Assembly (NCBI GenBank): GCA_965153285.1
Contig: OZ229110.1
Reading direction: 5' to 3' (one strand)
Source: Podarcis tiliguerta
Lineage: Eukaryota
DNA length: 64,000 bases
Position 1 is the stretch's first letter; every line of letters begins with the position of its first letter. A program made the position numbers and the translations under genes. Positions 24,797-35,180 of this stretch are shown one piece after another. A model generated the notes under the pieces. The model saw only the letters and a list, made by a program, of their open reading frames with translations, was not told the origin of the DNA and searched no databases.

Positions 24797-27700
24797 ACAA
24801 AGTTTACACATCAATTAGTCAAAGCCAAGAGTCTTGCACTTCAGACCAAACAAAATGCATATTTGACACTACTAATCTAACAATTTTTTTTAAAAAGGAG
24901 AATGCCTTCTTTCAAAGATCCATCATTTCACTGGTCTTCCTTCTTAGCAACTGAGCACACAGATTTGTTTTTTCCCATATATACGCAATGTTCATACTTT
25001 TAGGGATTCATACAAGTGCTACTCATCTGTGTTTTGCCATTCAAATTCATAATTAATTAATTTGAAGAACTCACCCTTGGGTCCTGGTCATCTCTAATAT
25101 CCACTTCTTCAGGTGGCAGGGGCTGCACAGAGACTTGGTTCCACTGACCTGCAACATTGCTAAAACAAGACTGGACTATTTTAGCCAACTTTACGTTTAT
25201 AGTTCAAAAAAGATTACTTCCAAGTAGAATAAATAAATATAACTATGAACAATTAAACATAACCAACATCTTCCATATTTTTGACCCATGACACCACAAA
25301 CCTACAATTATAAACTAAAAACAGATGAATGAAAGTTTGTTGATGCGGGTTTCCCCTACATGGACATGTGTGTATGCACACACAGAGACTATCATCGTCC
25401 CCTTCCCTCAGTGCCAAGTGGGATATCTAAGGGACTATCTTTTAGCAACTCTGCAGCTTTCCAAAACCAGTCGCTTTCCTCCCACCTACAAAATGGAGCA
25501 AAGTCTTCCTGTTTCTGTGAAGCTGGCCCTGCCAGTCCAGTGTATGACCCTTCAAAACCATAACATCCCCAGACAATGTAGCTTCTGTCCATTTCTCCAA
25601 GATGGCTGACACATATAATTGCTGGCTGTTTCAACAAATAGTCTAAGAGCTCCTATGACATGTCAAGTCTACCAGGAGACAGAGAACTCTCCTTTCCAAT
25701 TTTCACCTTGTGTCGCCACCTCTTAGCTTAAACAGGTGTGAAGCATGAAACTAACTGCTTGAGCAAGCCTGCATGCTGCTCACAGCCCATCCTAAGTATT
25801 ATAAACATGGCTCCCCTGATCTTTTGTCAACCTCCTTAGCCATCCAGAAATGCCTTACGCAGAACTATATGGTAACTCAATGCTTCATCAATAGGTATCA
25901 AATCCTTGTTAGAAGTGCCAGCATAGGTTATAGTTATTTTCTTTGAAGTATCTTTCTGCTATCTCTTAGTGTTGAGAGAATCTCCTTTTTAATTTGGATT
26001 CAGGGCTTAAAGTAACTTTTTCCTCGCCCAATTTACTGCTCATGGTTACACCAGGGGTGGACAAAACTTACTGCTCAAAATTGATGTATTTCACAGTGGT
26101 TCTATTTTCATCATCATGCCAGAGTGCCCAGATCTCAGCAGTAGTTAAGGAAAAGTCAACAAGGGTCTCCTAAGTTAAAAACATACCACAACGAGTGGAT
26201 TATAACAATGAATATGATTTTCAAACCTAAATGTACTCAAGAGAATGAAACTAAATAATAACAGTACAATGGAGAGAACTTATATTTTGTTGAATCTATA
26301 AAAACTAGTATTTTTTTAATTTATTACTAGCAGACAAATACTGGGGCTACACACAGAAGATCCCATGGATCAGAAGTAACTGAATATAAAGGAGGCAGGT
26401 ACACACATCCCTTTCTCTCCAACATCACATTATGTTGCTTAATCTCATCAGGGGTACTCTACTGACCCCTATCAGTGCAGAGTGGATGTTTCTTGACAGA
26501 CACATTCATTTTAATGTAAATCTTATTCATTCCCACCTGAGAAGTGAACAGTGATGATATGTGATCAAGACTATAGCGTTGACTCTCTGTGCTGACCAAC
26601 TGGAAGACACAGAACTGCAAAAAAATTAAAAAAAAATAAAAATAATTCTGTCATTAGTGAAAATAAAACTGTAAACTATTTTAGACAATCCTTATATTCC
26701 AGTTCTCTAATTATAATACCCAGTAACCACTCAGGATGTAGTAATGGCACTAGACTGTGAAAATCAAGTTGAACAGATGCTTTTAAAGTTGGTTGTTTTA
26801 GCACTTGTAGAGAAGAGGACATCCTTAGCAATTAATTCACTTTTCAGACTTTCTCTTTCTGAGGAGGAGCAATAGGTTCCCTATGAGATACCACAGGTGC
26901 ATTTGAAATGGAATGCCTCCAAGCCCAAGGCATAGGAGACATAGTACCCCTTTATGTAAAGTGTAATTTTGTCCTCTGCAGACACCTACATAGTGCTTTC
27001 CATTTCCTTTTTTCTCTAGCCTTCCTCACCTTACTTTCTTGTTTGCAAAGCTTGGAGATCTAAGAAAACTGATACAGAAAATTGGGTTTGGGACTCAGGA
27101 CAGGAAATGCACCAATCCTGGATGCTGCATCTCTAGAAAATAGTCTCCACGTTTCCCCCCCCCCCAAAAAAAAACCAAAAAACTATACCAATGAATTATC
27201 TGCCATAGAAGGAAATGAGAAATTGTTCTTCCCTGGAACAATGCATTTGATAAGTCCTTCTGAAAGCACTTCATCAAAATACATCTTATCAAGTATCAAG
27301 GAGCGATCATTTCCCAGTTTTTAAAGCAAAAGACATTTGAAATTGTCAGCAAGCTCTTTTAATCCAGTATCAAAAGCTATATCATTTTGTAAACTTCTAG
27401 GACTGGACAAAACATGTTTAAAATTATTGAAGAAAACTTTTCTTATCCACATAAACTCTGAAACTGATGGGTCATACTAGAAGAAGAGTTTGGATTTGAT
27501 ATCCCGCCTTTCACTCCCTTTAAGGAGTCTCAAAGCGGCTAACATTCTCCTTTCCCTTCCTCCCCTACTAGTAGTTCCCTGACTCTCAACTTGACAGCAA
27601 ATTAAAATTCTACGAATGTAAGACAATTCAAGTACCTGTCCTTGTTTGGGTGCATGCAAGTATACACCAATGTAAAGCCCCAGGGTCTCAGAATAAGACA

Positions 27701-30700
27701 GCTGTAATCTGTGTCCAGTCCCAGCAGCAAGTCTTAGGTCCTTACTTACAGGCACAAATTCCAACATATCAGCCACCATCAGGCACATTTGATCCTGCCA
27801 AGATAAGAAGCCAGATAAGTAACACAATCTGCAAATGGGACAAATGCTTTAAACACACCTGCCAAAACAGCAGCTTGATATACTAGACAGATACTTTACC
27901 ATGTGTTCCTTTACAGTAAAGGATACAGATCTGAAGGTTGTGCATGTTCACAGCAGACCACAGAAAAGGTAATTAATATAGCTTGCATATTCAAAGGGAC
28001 ATGTTGCCAAAAACCAACATTTGGAAAGTATCATTAGTCATATGAATAATCAACCATCAGCAATGACAACAGTATTCTATCAGAAATTAGCATTTCACAC
28101 TCACTTTGTAAGACCACATTCGAAGTTTATGATCCTGGTAGAGTGCAAAGAGGAGGGCATCATGCTCACGACAGTGGACAGACATGCTAACAGGAAGCTC
28201 TGAAGGACCTTGGTCTCCTCTGGAAAAGATTCAAACTAAATTATATATATTATAAACAAAAAAGCACAGAATTTACAAGAATTTAAAAGTTCGAAGTGCC
28301 AAATCTTCACCTGATGTCATGATGACATCATATGATTGAGAGGTGGATACCACCACCCACCTTGTCAAACATGTCCCATGACCTATACGGCAGATAAGAA
28401 TCTGGTCCACCCGTCAGATTAGGTTCCCCATTCCTCATTTATGGTGAAGCACTACCTTTTCATATAAAACCATACCCCTTTCAAGATAAAAGTTACAACA
28501 TTTGCTCTTCTAAATATTGCAAGCAACCATCAATCACAATGCAGCCATTTAGCCTCCAAAGTTTGAGGGCATGAATTTGTCAGATTTCCGTTCCACACTT
28601 CCTCAGTGTATCAGAATTATCTCTTCACAACTCTTCTCTATGATAGGTTAGGCTAAGAGATAATGATGACCACCTGCTGAGTCACCTGGCTGAGTAGAGA
28701 ATTTCTTACTTCCAAACCTAACACTAGCCACACAGGCTCTCTGAACAATAGCCATCATGTCTGGAAATAAAAAGGATGCAACCTTCTTATTAAAAAGTAG
28801 GGAACTGTGAAAAACAGTCAAACGTACACACTTTCTAACCACTGGACTATGGGCAGATTTGGAACACCTCTGCTACATGCAATTGTAGCTGAAGTACTGA
28901 ATCCAACAGCATCCCTGGCCTTCATATGAAAAAGAAAAGGCTGACTGTCTTCTGCAGGTTCCTATTCCCTCAAAACATGTTCATTCATTTTGCTTTGTCC
29001 AGATCTGAGACGACAGGAGCAATTTCAAGATTAACTTAATATGCTTGTTTAGAAAAGAGAGCCACCTAAGAAAAAGCACATTACACTTCTAATAATTAAT
29101 TACACTTCTAGACCTGGTTGAAAAGCTAGGTACAAATGATTTTAGATAGCTCATTTGGTTGCTGAAAAGAAAAGTGAATAATAGGCAGAGTGTTCATTCA
29201 AGCCTGTTCCAGCTATGCCACTGGCTACCGTAGAGACTTCAAGAGCTCTGTTTGCCATCAAAATACTAGCCTGATAGCTGTTGGCATCCAACCTGTAAGC
29301 AAGCGCTGCATGACTGAACTCTGTTTCAACTCCACGACTAGAGTTGAAACCATTCCTAAAAACAAAACAAACATGATTTATTAATAATGCATGCATATAT
29401 GGCGCACAACAGTAACTAAATCAGATGAATAATCTTTCAGAAGTCCCATGTGGAAACATTCAAGACAAAATGACTACTGATTTTAGACATTGACGGTGTC
29501 CAAAATTGCAAAAGCAGGTTCTGCTGCTGTCTTTGTTCCCTTAGTTTAATCAATTAGTACAGCACACACTTCTCAATTAGAAGTTTTGCGGATATGGGGA
29601 GTCAATTGCCTTATGCACATTAGAAAATATTTTAAACCTGCTTTAAATTCTTATTTGATGTGTAATTTCTGAGATTTATAACTGAAAAGCAAAGCAACTT
29701 TAAATAAATTATCTAGATCAGCTTCTATACTTACCATGAGTATTGTGAGGTGGCAGATTAAGGACAAAAATCCCACCAGATGCAGATGGCAAAGCAAAAA
29801 GTGCTCCTCCATCACTGGTAAGCCAAGCTGCTGAAGCAGTGGAATGAGTTGACAGACCAGGGATTGCAGGAATCACGCAATAGTTAAAAGGATCTCTTAA
29901 ATGAACTTTTCCAACATCTGTGAAAACTGACTGTACATGACTTTCTGTGATCAGCTCCTATTAAGAAAATCCCCAATAAGCTTAGTTATCAATAAGAAAT
30001 ATAAATTTGAAGTATGAACATGGAAAAGTCAAATAGGAAATGCCTTTTCTATTCAAATTCCTCTTGTAACATATAACCTAGAAGTGTCTGAAAAATGGTA
30101 TCAAAGGAAACATTAGACAAAAGCAGTTTCTTCAGAGCAATCAAAGGAATATAGGAAGCTGCCTTATACCATGTCAGACTGTTTGTTCAGCTAATCCAGT
30201 ATTGTGTATTTTGGTGGCTCTCTAAGATCTCAGGAACAGGACTTTTACATGACCTGCTCTTGTAATTCTTTTACTGGGAGACACCAGGGATTTAAGCCAA
30301 GACCTGATGCATGCCAACAAGGGCTCTGTCAATGACCCTTCTCAGTGCCTTTTATCTTAGACAAGATTACTTTGAACTATCTATAGATTTTGCTCCATAC
30401 CAAAATTTTACCCAGCAAATTATTCAACATGAATTTGCAACAATAAAAACATTTGAAAATTAGATTTTCTTTAATTTTCTATATAAAAAATACAACCAAA
30501 CATGTGGCCAAAAAAAATACATTACAAAAAAATAAATTACAGAATATTTCACAGCCCATTCCCAGAAAGGGAATCAGTTCAGAATCTATAAAATCATATG
30601 TCCATATGTCCAAATCAGCAGCCTGCAGTTAGTGATTGCCCTTCAAACCAGAATCAACCCTTACACCATGAATGAGTTGGGTTCAAGGGTTAGCCATAGT

Positions 30701-32823
30701 TTTCCAGTTCAGACATCACAATCATCTATGATTAACACTAAATAATAAAGAATCTAAACACAAGGTGAGAGATAAGCCTAGGGCTTGTTTCTGACACTCC
30801 AGATCATAGTTTGGTGTATTACCTGAACTGAACATGCTATACAGTATATGCAATCACAATCCAAAATGATAGCTTTGTCTGTGTATTATAAATTTGCTTG
30901 TTAATTGTTAATTCACACTCTTTGAATTTTTGAAAAAAACGTTACTTACACTCCTATACATCCGAGTGGGGTGTGGTAAAATCAACCTATGTACAGTCTG
31001 ATTGGTTGAAATCAAGATAACAACATTATTCTGGGTCTCAAATATATGTACTCCTCCAGGTAAGAGGCTACAATTCTGAAATTTGAGCTGAACAGCATTG
31101 TTCAAAAGGTTTATATCAAGGGATTCCTCTACCAGTTCCAAGGTTGCACCTGACGTAGCCCTGCAAAAGAAAACAAGTAAATACATATAGGAATTATAGG
31201 TTTACAGAGTACAATTCAACCCAGTATTTGCATGGTGGAAAGACAATGGCACCAAGAAGCAAATCTCAAGAGCCAGATATATGGTGCTACCTGTATTTCT
31301 ATATGCCTTAGGTTTTGCAAGCATACAAAGAGCATGCAGTGCACACCAGTGTACAGTGGTACACAAGGAGGTAAAGCTGTAGGTTGCCCTTCCTCTTCTG
31401 GAAGTCCAGGAAGGTATACAGCACAATCAAACTAAAACATCTCAATCAAACTATTTTAATACTGCAGCAGACAAACACAAAATACAACTATGAGATTCAA
31501 CATCACTTTAATCTTCTCCCCCTTCACAAAGCCAGAACAGGGAATATTTGAATAACTATACAAGACTGGGAATGAACCTAATGCCAAAAGGCACAAACAG
31601 CTGGAGGAGTTGCTAGGAGGCAGGGATAGACACATTGGGAACATAATTGTGTGAGGCTACTGAGCTCCATGGTTAGATGCATAGCTTCCTGTTGACCTAG
31701 CCCTGTATTTCACCAAGACAGCACTAAAACACAATAGTTCTATAGTGTGGTTCAAGGAATTTTGTGGGCCTTTGCTCCTCAATACAGCTTCATTTGCTAA
31801 TTCGTCCTTCTCACTTCCTACATAATCATGCAGCTGTTTCTTCAAACTGCTTCCCCATGCCCTAACTGTAATTCATACAACCTTCCATGCACTACTGAGG
31901 TACCCATTCATAGAACTCTCTAATTTCAAATTCAATGGCCATTTTGCTGTCACATACAGTTATTATCAAAGATTACTGTCAATTACTGCTCAAGTCACCT
32001 GTCATTCATTTTAATGCCTTAACATTTTTGGTTGTGGACCTTTCCTCTGCATGCTTTCCTTAGCATACACCCCAACTTTAGAATTCTCTTCCCACAGAGC
32101 TACAACTGGTGTTGTACCATTCTGTTCATAACTGCACTAGGTTAATGCATTTTAAAAAGGCATTTTAAACTGTTAGCTTGCTTTAGTTCTGCTCTGGAAG
32201 AGCCAACGGCTCAAAACACTTCAATAGTGAAGAACAGATCAAAACCAAAAGAAAAAGATCATCTGGTTTATTTGGGTATATCACCCTAGTCACATGCTAA
32301 ACGGGATCAGGCATCAGAAGAAAGATGCCAGAAGGGGAAGCCCGGGCAAAGCGGAGGGCAGCTCCTCTTCACTCTTCCCAACCTCTCCCAGTGGAGTGAG
32401 AGGGCAGGATCCGATCCGTGGTACTGCCTGGCGGGTGGGCTGCAGAAGCAAGGCCACTCACCAGTGGATGAAGCGGTTCCTGGTCACAGACCCCAGCTGC
32501 GCGTTTTCTTGGTACCAGAATCCTCCGGCGCTGTCGGCGTAGCGAACGGGAGTGAGGGACGAGCCGCCGCCTGCGAGGGACAAGGCAAAGGAGGCACGTC
32601 AGCCAGGAAGGCGGCAGGAGCAGCAGCAGCAGCAGCGTGACTTTTACTATGCGTGCAACAGCAATGACACCCGCCCAGCAACCCACGTCCGCCGCCCGCT
32701 CCCTGGCCGGGCGCCGCTACCTGGGAGGCTGAACACGAGCTCGCGAACCCGGCGCCGCGCTCCCCGCTCAGCGCCCACCAGCTCCAAATATCCCCGCTCC
32801 GGGAGCCCGACAGCCGCCGCCAT
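5743..32823 (-). CDS. NUP160: Nuclear pore complex protein Nup160, full gene span (36 coding exons, 1401 aa)
   Basis: Exon translations match the recalled vertebrate NUP160 from MAAA.. to ..DKATRDLLYRRN*; all splice phases are consistent; total CDS 4206 nt. Confidence 0.97.
6824..6928 (-). CDS. NUP160: NUP160 exon 35
   Basis: FPLSATTPMVWLPYSAIDQLLQVLGENATNHHNTV; AG/GT ends. Confidence 0.93.
7257..7382 (-). CDS. NUP160: NUP160 exon 34
   Basis: MVDAAELLRLYLNYDLLEEAVDLVLEYVDALLGKGPHYFGIE. Confidence 0.93.
8003..8275 (-). mobile_element. Sauria SINE with internal deletion
   Basis: tRNA-like head GGACGCAGGTGGCGCTGTGG, (ACCTTT)n tail, 13-bp TSD TTTACAACATTAA (7990-8002, 8276-8288). Confidence 0.85.
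8488..8629 (-). CDS. NUP160: NUP160 exon 33
   Basis: ATDEAWRLLSSYLDRYKSQN..LPNWLINSYK. Confidence 0.93.
9121..9222 (-). CDS. NUP160: NUP160 exon 32
   Basis: CIKLQFGGETALAEAWDWLAANQLSSVITTKET. Confidence 0.93.
10109..10232 (-). CDS. NUP160: NUP160 exon 31
   Basis: NSSPKELVTLLVQAGRFDTAISLCQTYNFPLTPVFEGLTF. Confidence 0.92.
10676..10786 (-). CDS. NUP160: NUP160 exon 30
   Basis: GSRIEILELQDLEKECVLARIRLTLAQHDSTTTAIT. Confidence 0.92.
11175..11470. repeat. Inverted repeat pair, probable decayed non-autonomous DNA transposon
   Basis: Perfect 25-bp IR core at 11196-11220 and 11427-11451, extending imperfectly to about 55 bp. Confidence 0.65.
12040..12100 (-). CDS. NUP160: NUP160 exon 29
   Basis: YERPGASPKRSHDGECAAAP. 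Confidence 0.93.
12631..12819. mobile_element. Tigger/pogo-type MITE with central palindrome
   Basis: Degenerate TIRs CAGACGTACCTTG / CAAGGTTCCACTG followed by TA; 23-bp internal hairpin at 12690-12738. Confidence 0.7.
13128..13234. mobile_element. Old hAT-like MITE
   Basis: TIR CAGCCTTTCTCA / TGAGAAAGGCTG; related decayed copies near 4305, 33050, 43490 and 63900. Confidence 0.6.
13547..13707 (-). CDS. NUP160: NUP160 exon 28
   Basis: GTVMFEYGMRLGREVRT..IRPEYAWIVQPASGAV. Confidence 0.94.
14303..14578. mobile_element. hAT (Charlie-like) MITE
   Basis: TIR CAGGGGT../..ACCCCTG; perfect 8-bp TSD CTCTAGCA (14295-14302, 14579-14586). Confidence 0.88.
14730..14835 (-). CDS. NUP160: NUP160 exon 27
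   Basis: VVGIIEYRARAVDLMTHNYYELLYAFHVYRHNYRK. Confidence 0.94.
14917..15013 (-). CDS. NUP160: NUP160 exon 26
   Basis: QLDCLRQLVVVLCERSQLQDLVEFPYVNLHNE. Confidence 0.94.
15281..15375 (-). CDS. NUP160: NUP160 exon 25
   Basis: ATLRTCIFKHHLDLGHNSQAYEAMTHNPDSS. Confidence 0.94.
15496..15591 (-). CDS. NUP160: NUP160 exon 24
   Basis: VLRLLDTMGLPELIIQLATLAITEAADDWRSQ. Confidence 0.94.
15708..15827 (-). CDS. NUP160: NUP160 exon 23
   Basis: ALDCFCEAASEVGKEEFLDRLIRSEDVEMASTPRLQYYDK. Confidence 0.94.
16421..16519 (-). CDS. NUP160: NUP160 exon 22
   Basis: EYIRFLGPWCHVNMGSCCFMMGRCYLVMGEGHK. Confidence 0.93.
17356..17425 (-). CDS. NUP160: NUP160 exon 21
   Basis: WPSNPNFLFPECLMGACQYAQLQ. Confidence 0.92.
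17426..18837 (-). other. U12-type (minor spliceosome) GT-AG intron of NUP160
   Basis: 5' splice site GTATCCTTC; branch-like TTCCTTATG about 10 nt before the CAG acceptor, with no long polypyrimidine tract; the splice restores LQFL|WPSNP. Confidence 0.88.
18097..18288. mobile_element. hAT (Charlie-like) MITE
   Basis: TIR GAGGGGTTGTCAACC / GGTTGACTACCCCTG; 8-bp TSD CTCTAGAT (18089-18096, 18289-18296). Confidence 0.85.
18838..18994 (-). CDS. NUP160: NUP160 exon 20
   Basis: SSPQTIVELFFQEVARKHIISQLF..AISSYLLQF. Confidence 0.93.
19607..19677 (-). CDS. NUP160: NUP160 exon 19
   Basis: ECNLQHLSVLKLTDSTAITPLKL. Confidence 0.9.
19851..19981 (-). CDS. NUP160: NUP160 exon 18
   Basis: VLGGGQLYHTQQNLLHRTSHLILSYYLIRWASQRLASDVPVDE. 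Confidence 0.9.
20593..20753 (-). CDS. NUP160: NUP160 exon 17
   Basis: QPLNVRMHLSQLYGS..RDLLILQQLLLRLGDT. Confidence 0.93.
20865..20992 (-). CDS. NUP160: NUP160 exon 16
   Basis: ENLIEDIHSKLQEIKNPIDAIGVLIREMDYETDAEMERGLNI. Confidence 0.93.
21690..21769. repeat. Compound (TC)n(CA)n microsatellite
   Basis: Seen directly. Confidence 0.95.
21846..22011 (-). CDS. NUP160: NUP160 exon 15
   Basis: SEFSHDLVSLVQCLRLIGESISVEMALTMEMACCRSQPPERAAGQILHDLIAND. Confidence 0.9.
22796..22895 (-). CDS. NUP160: NUP160 exon 14
   Basis: GYLSFLVPCSLMDHLYLSLDEQLVNEVESTGLD. Confidence 0.9.
23378..23548 (-). CDS. NUP160: NUP160 exon 13
   Basis: FQGNVTEYEFSQEVFRQLQIEFWSKFYAYCVQYQE..MVCLLKK. Confidence 0.94.
23900..23983 (-). 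CDS. NUP160: NUP160 exon 12
   Basis: IFSQRAEHLTDLSWDELKKEITIALENE. Confidence 0.92.
24281..24349 (-). CDS. NUP160: NUP160 exon 11
   Basis: ETFTEAIFMPGQFTNAALLKALQ. Confidence 0.92.
24764..24796. repeat. (CA)n(GA)n microsatellite; an (AAC)n tract lies nearby at about 24647-24667
   Basis: Seen directly. Confidence 0.9.
25075..25159 (-). CDS. NUP160: NUP160 exon 10
   Basis: NVAGQWNQVSVQPLPPEEVDIRDDQDPR. Confidence 0.93.
26072..26169 (-). CDS. NUP160: NUP160 exon 9
   Basis: ETLVDFSLTTAEIWALWHDDENRTTVKYINFE. Confidence 0.93.
26537..26614 (-). CDS. NUP160: NUP160 exon 8
   Basis: FCVFQLVSTESQRYSLDHISSLFTSQ. Confidence 0.93.
27636..27794 (-). CDS. NUP160: NUP160 exon 7
   Basis: DQMCLMVADMLEFVPVSKDLRLAAGTGH..HAPKQGQ. 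Confidence 0.93.
28105..28219 (-). CDS. NUP160: NUP160 exon 6
   Basis: GDQGPSELPVSMSVHCREHDALLFALYQDHKLRMWSYK. Confidence 0.92.
29271..29355 (-). CDS. NUP160: NUP160 exon 5 (GC donor)
   Basis: MVSTLVVELKQSSVMQRLLTGWMPTAIR; phase requires the donor AG|GCTAGT. Confidence 0.88.
29735..29957 (-). CDS. NUP160: NUP160 exon 4
   Basis: ELITESHVQSVFTDVGKVH..ALFALPSASGGIFVLNLPPHNTH. Confidence 0.93.
30151..30330 (-). mobile_element. Decayed tRNA-derived SINE fragment
   Basis: ATAGGAAGCTGCCTTATAC...CCAGGGATTTAAGCC resembles a common squamate SINE (recalled, not searched). Confidence 0.45.
30950..31160 (-). CDS. NUP160: NUP160 exon 3
   Basis: ATSGATLELVEESLDINLLNNAVQLKFQNCS..HPTRMYRS. Confidence 0.94.
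32462..32570 (-). CDS. NUP160: NUP160 exon 2
   Basis: GGSSLTPVRYADSAGGFWYQENAQLGSVTRNRFIHW. Confidence 0.92.
32721..32823 (-). CDS. NUP160: NUP160 exon 1 (coding part)
   Basis: aagATGg Kozak context; MAAAVGLPERGYLELVGAERGARRRVRELVFSLP; donor CAG|GTAGCG. Confidence 0.9.
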
Positions 32824-33866
32824 CTTCCCTTCCCGCGCGCGGAGCCGCAGTGGATCACGGGATAGTGGGAAGGGGGCGCGGCCGAGCCGAGCCTGCTTTC
32901 GCGGTGAATCATGGGAAGGCCTGAGGGGTCTCTGTCCTGCGAAGGACTAGATGGAGCGACTGCTGGGCAAGGAGCGCAGCCAGACGCCCGTCCAGTTAGA
33001 CCCGGCCCGCGCTTCAGTTAGACCCGGCGCAATAGGGAAGGGGAATTTCATGAAGCAGGTTTGGCCAACCTCGCGCCCCTCCAGATGTTTTGGACTGTAT
33101 TTCCCGTCGAAACATCTGCTGGCTGGGCCTGATGGGAGTTGTAGTCCAAGTTCTCTGGAAGGCACCAGGTCGGCAAAGAGTGGCAGCCAGGCAGACTTGG
33201 ATGAAAAATTAACTCAGTGGTATAAGCTAGCGAAGGGGGAAATGCAAGCAGATGGCTTCACGGAGACGCGGGTCCCGTTCCTTCCCTATGTTAATTTGCA
33301 AGGTGTGGCGAGACACCTTTACCTGATTACGGCCTTTTTTGTATTCCACCTTAATGTAACCAATGCAAGTCTGCTTAGAAGCATTGTTGTTAGAAGTATC
33401 ACAGTTTCTCACTGTAATAAGAGTTTCAGTGTTGTTTTATTGTTATAATTTAAAAAAAAATTTACATGGGAAAAGGAGCAACTCAGGTAGTTTAGGACAT
33501 TTACAAAAAAGAGGCCCTTGAGTTATCTATGACAGCAGAGAAGAGGACCATTCATTTCCTCTCTAAAGTTTGCTATAGTTTGTTTAGGTCACAAAATGGT
33601 AGGGCACAATCCAGCCAAAGTTAAGCAGTTATTTTTTTTATTAAAAAATTCAAATATATTTTAGAATTCAAAGAGAGAGTTTTGATTGAGGAAGGGTATC
33701 TTTGCAGGGTGGGTTAAGAAGCAGTAGGGCTGGACCTGCAGTGGTACTGCCTGCCATGGCCGTCTGTGCCAGGCATGGGGCAACACAAAGCTGAGGGCCT
33801 GAACAGTTGCCCCACAACCATCCAACCTTCTCCCCATGTTTGCTGTGACTGAGCATTAAGGACAGT

Positions 33867-34225
33867 AAAGGTAAAGGTACCCCTACCCGTACGGGCCAGT
33901 CTTGACAGACTCTAGGGTTGTGCGCCCATCTCACTCAAAGAGGCCAAGGGCCAGCGCTGTCCGAAGACACTTCCGGGTCACGTGGCCAGCGTGACATCGC
34001 TGCTCTGGCGAGCCAGAGCCGCACACAGAAACGCCGTTTACCTTCCCGCTAGTAAGCGGTCCCTATTTATCTACTTGCACCCGAGAGTGCTTTCGAACTG
34101 CTAGGTTGGCAGGCGCTGGGACCGAACAACGGGAGCGCACCCCGCCGCGGGGATTCGAACCGCCGACCTTTCGATCGGCAAGTCCTAGGCGCTGAGGCTT
34201 TAACCCACAGCGCCACCCGCGTCCC
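33867..34225 (-). mobile_element. Full-length, young Sauria SINE
   Basis: Head GGGACGCGGGTGGCGCTGTGG with B box GGTTCGAATCC, tail (ACCTTT)n, 12-bp TSD ATTAAGGACAGT (33855-33866, 34228-34239), CpGs intact. Confidence 0.92.
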
Positions 34226-34619
34226 TTATTAAGGACAGTGCCTGTTGCTAAATATGTTCAGCAGGATATATTGGCTTTCTAATACATCTTAGGTGTGACC
34301 TCTGTATCCTTGGTAATCCTATGTTTTTAGGAACATTTCTGAGAAATCTACATGACAGCAGTGTAAATCAGGAAGTGCTGTAAATCAGCCAGTTGGTGAT
34401 AGAAAGGCAGAAATTTAGATTCCCATTCATTCTACTGTTCTACTAGTGTTCTAGAGCACTTCTTCCAATACTGTTTTCTTCCAATGTTTCTGTCAACCTG
34501 CTGTTTGCTCTGTTCACAAGAATAGCAGCCAGCCTGGAATATGTTCACCTGCAACATAGCTCCCATTGGCGTGGTTATTGCCAAAAGTTATCCTCCCTGA
34601 CAGCATGTAATGGGCATGA

Positions 34620-35180
34620 CAGATGACATTAAGAAGGTGTGGAAGAATGATTTTAGAGAGTTTGAAGATAGTGAATCAGATAGTGTATGGACTAACTCCC
34701 CCTCCCAGTTTATACACTATCTTTGTGAGAATCCAGGAAGCTACCTTTTAGGATTCCTCTAAAACTGCCCTACATGGCAAATAAGTGTTTCCATCATGCA
34801 GTTGGGGATGTGCTGAGAGAGGATCACTATTCTACATGTGGTGGAGCTGTCCTTTTGCAAACAAGTTTTCAGAGGAAGCGTTCTTAGAGCTGGTTAAGAT
34901 TACTAGCAAAAAACTTCAGTTGGACCAGTGTTGGCACTCTAGTCAATCAAAAGTGTGCTTAATTAGGAAATTAAACATAAAGAATTACTAGCAGTGTTAT
35001 TGGCAGGCTCAAGTAGAATTAACAGGCTGTTGGAAAGGGAATACACCTCCTACAAAACACGGTTTGTATGTTAAAATATGGGATCATGTAGCACTGCCTG
35101 AGTGCTTTGCACAGGATAGAGGGGTTATTCAAGGTAAAGCAATAAAGGCAATGTTTTGATACTATTTTATATGGTTTCCA
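34620..35180 (+). mobile_element. Decayed L1/Tx1-like ORF2 3' fragment
   Basis: Remnant C..G...GSLFYMWWSCP zinc-knuckle-like motif; many frame disruptions. Confidence 0.5.

Larger units (their letters stand above)
32400..33040 (-). promoter_or_regulatory. CpG island / NUP160 promoter; YY1-type motif AAGATGGCGGC over the start codon
   Basis: High CpG density spanning exons 1-2; GCCGCCATCTT at 32815-32825. Confidence 0.8.

Noticed and set aside
32552-33448. Antisense ORFs (132 and 165 aa) over the NUP160 promoter, including a short polyQ
   Set aside because: CpG-island artefact; the 165-aa ORF runs through a decayed hAT MITE
34130-34225. tRNA-like A/B boxes
   Set aside because: They are the tRNA-derived head of a Sauria SINE, not a tRNA gene
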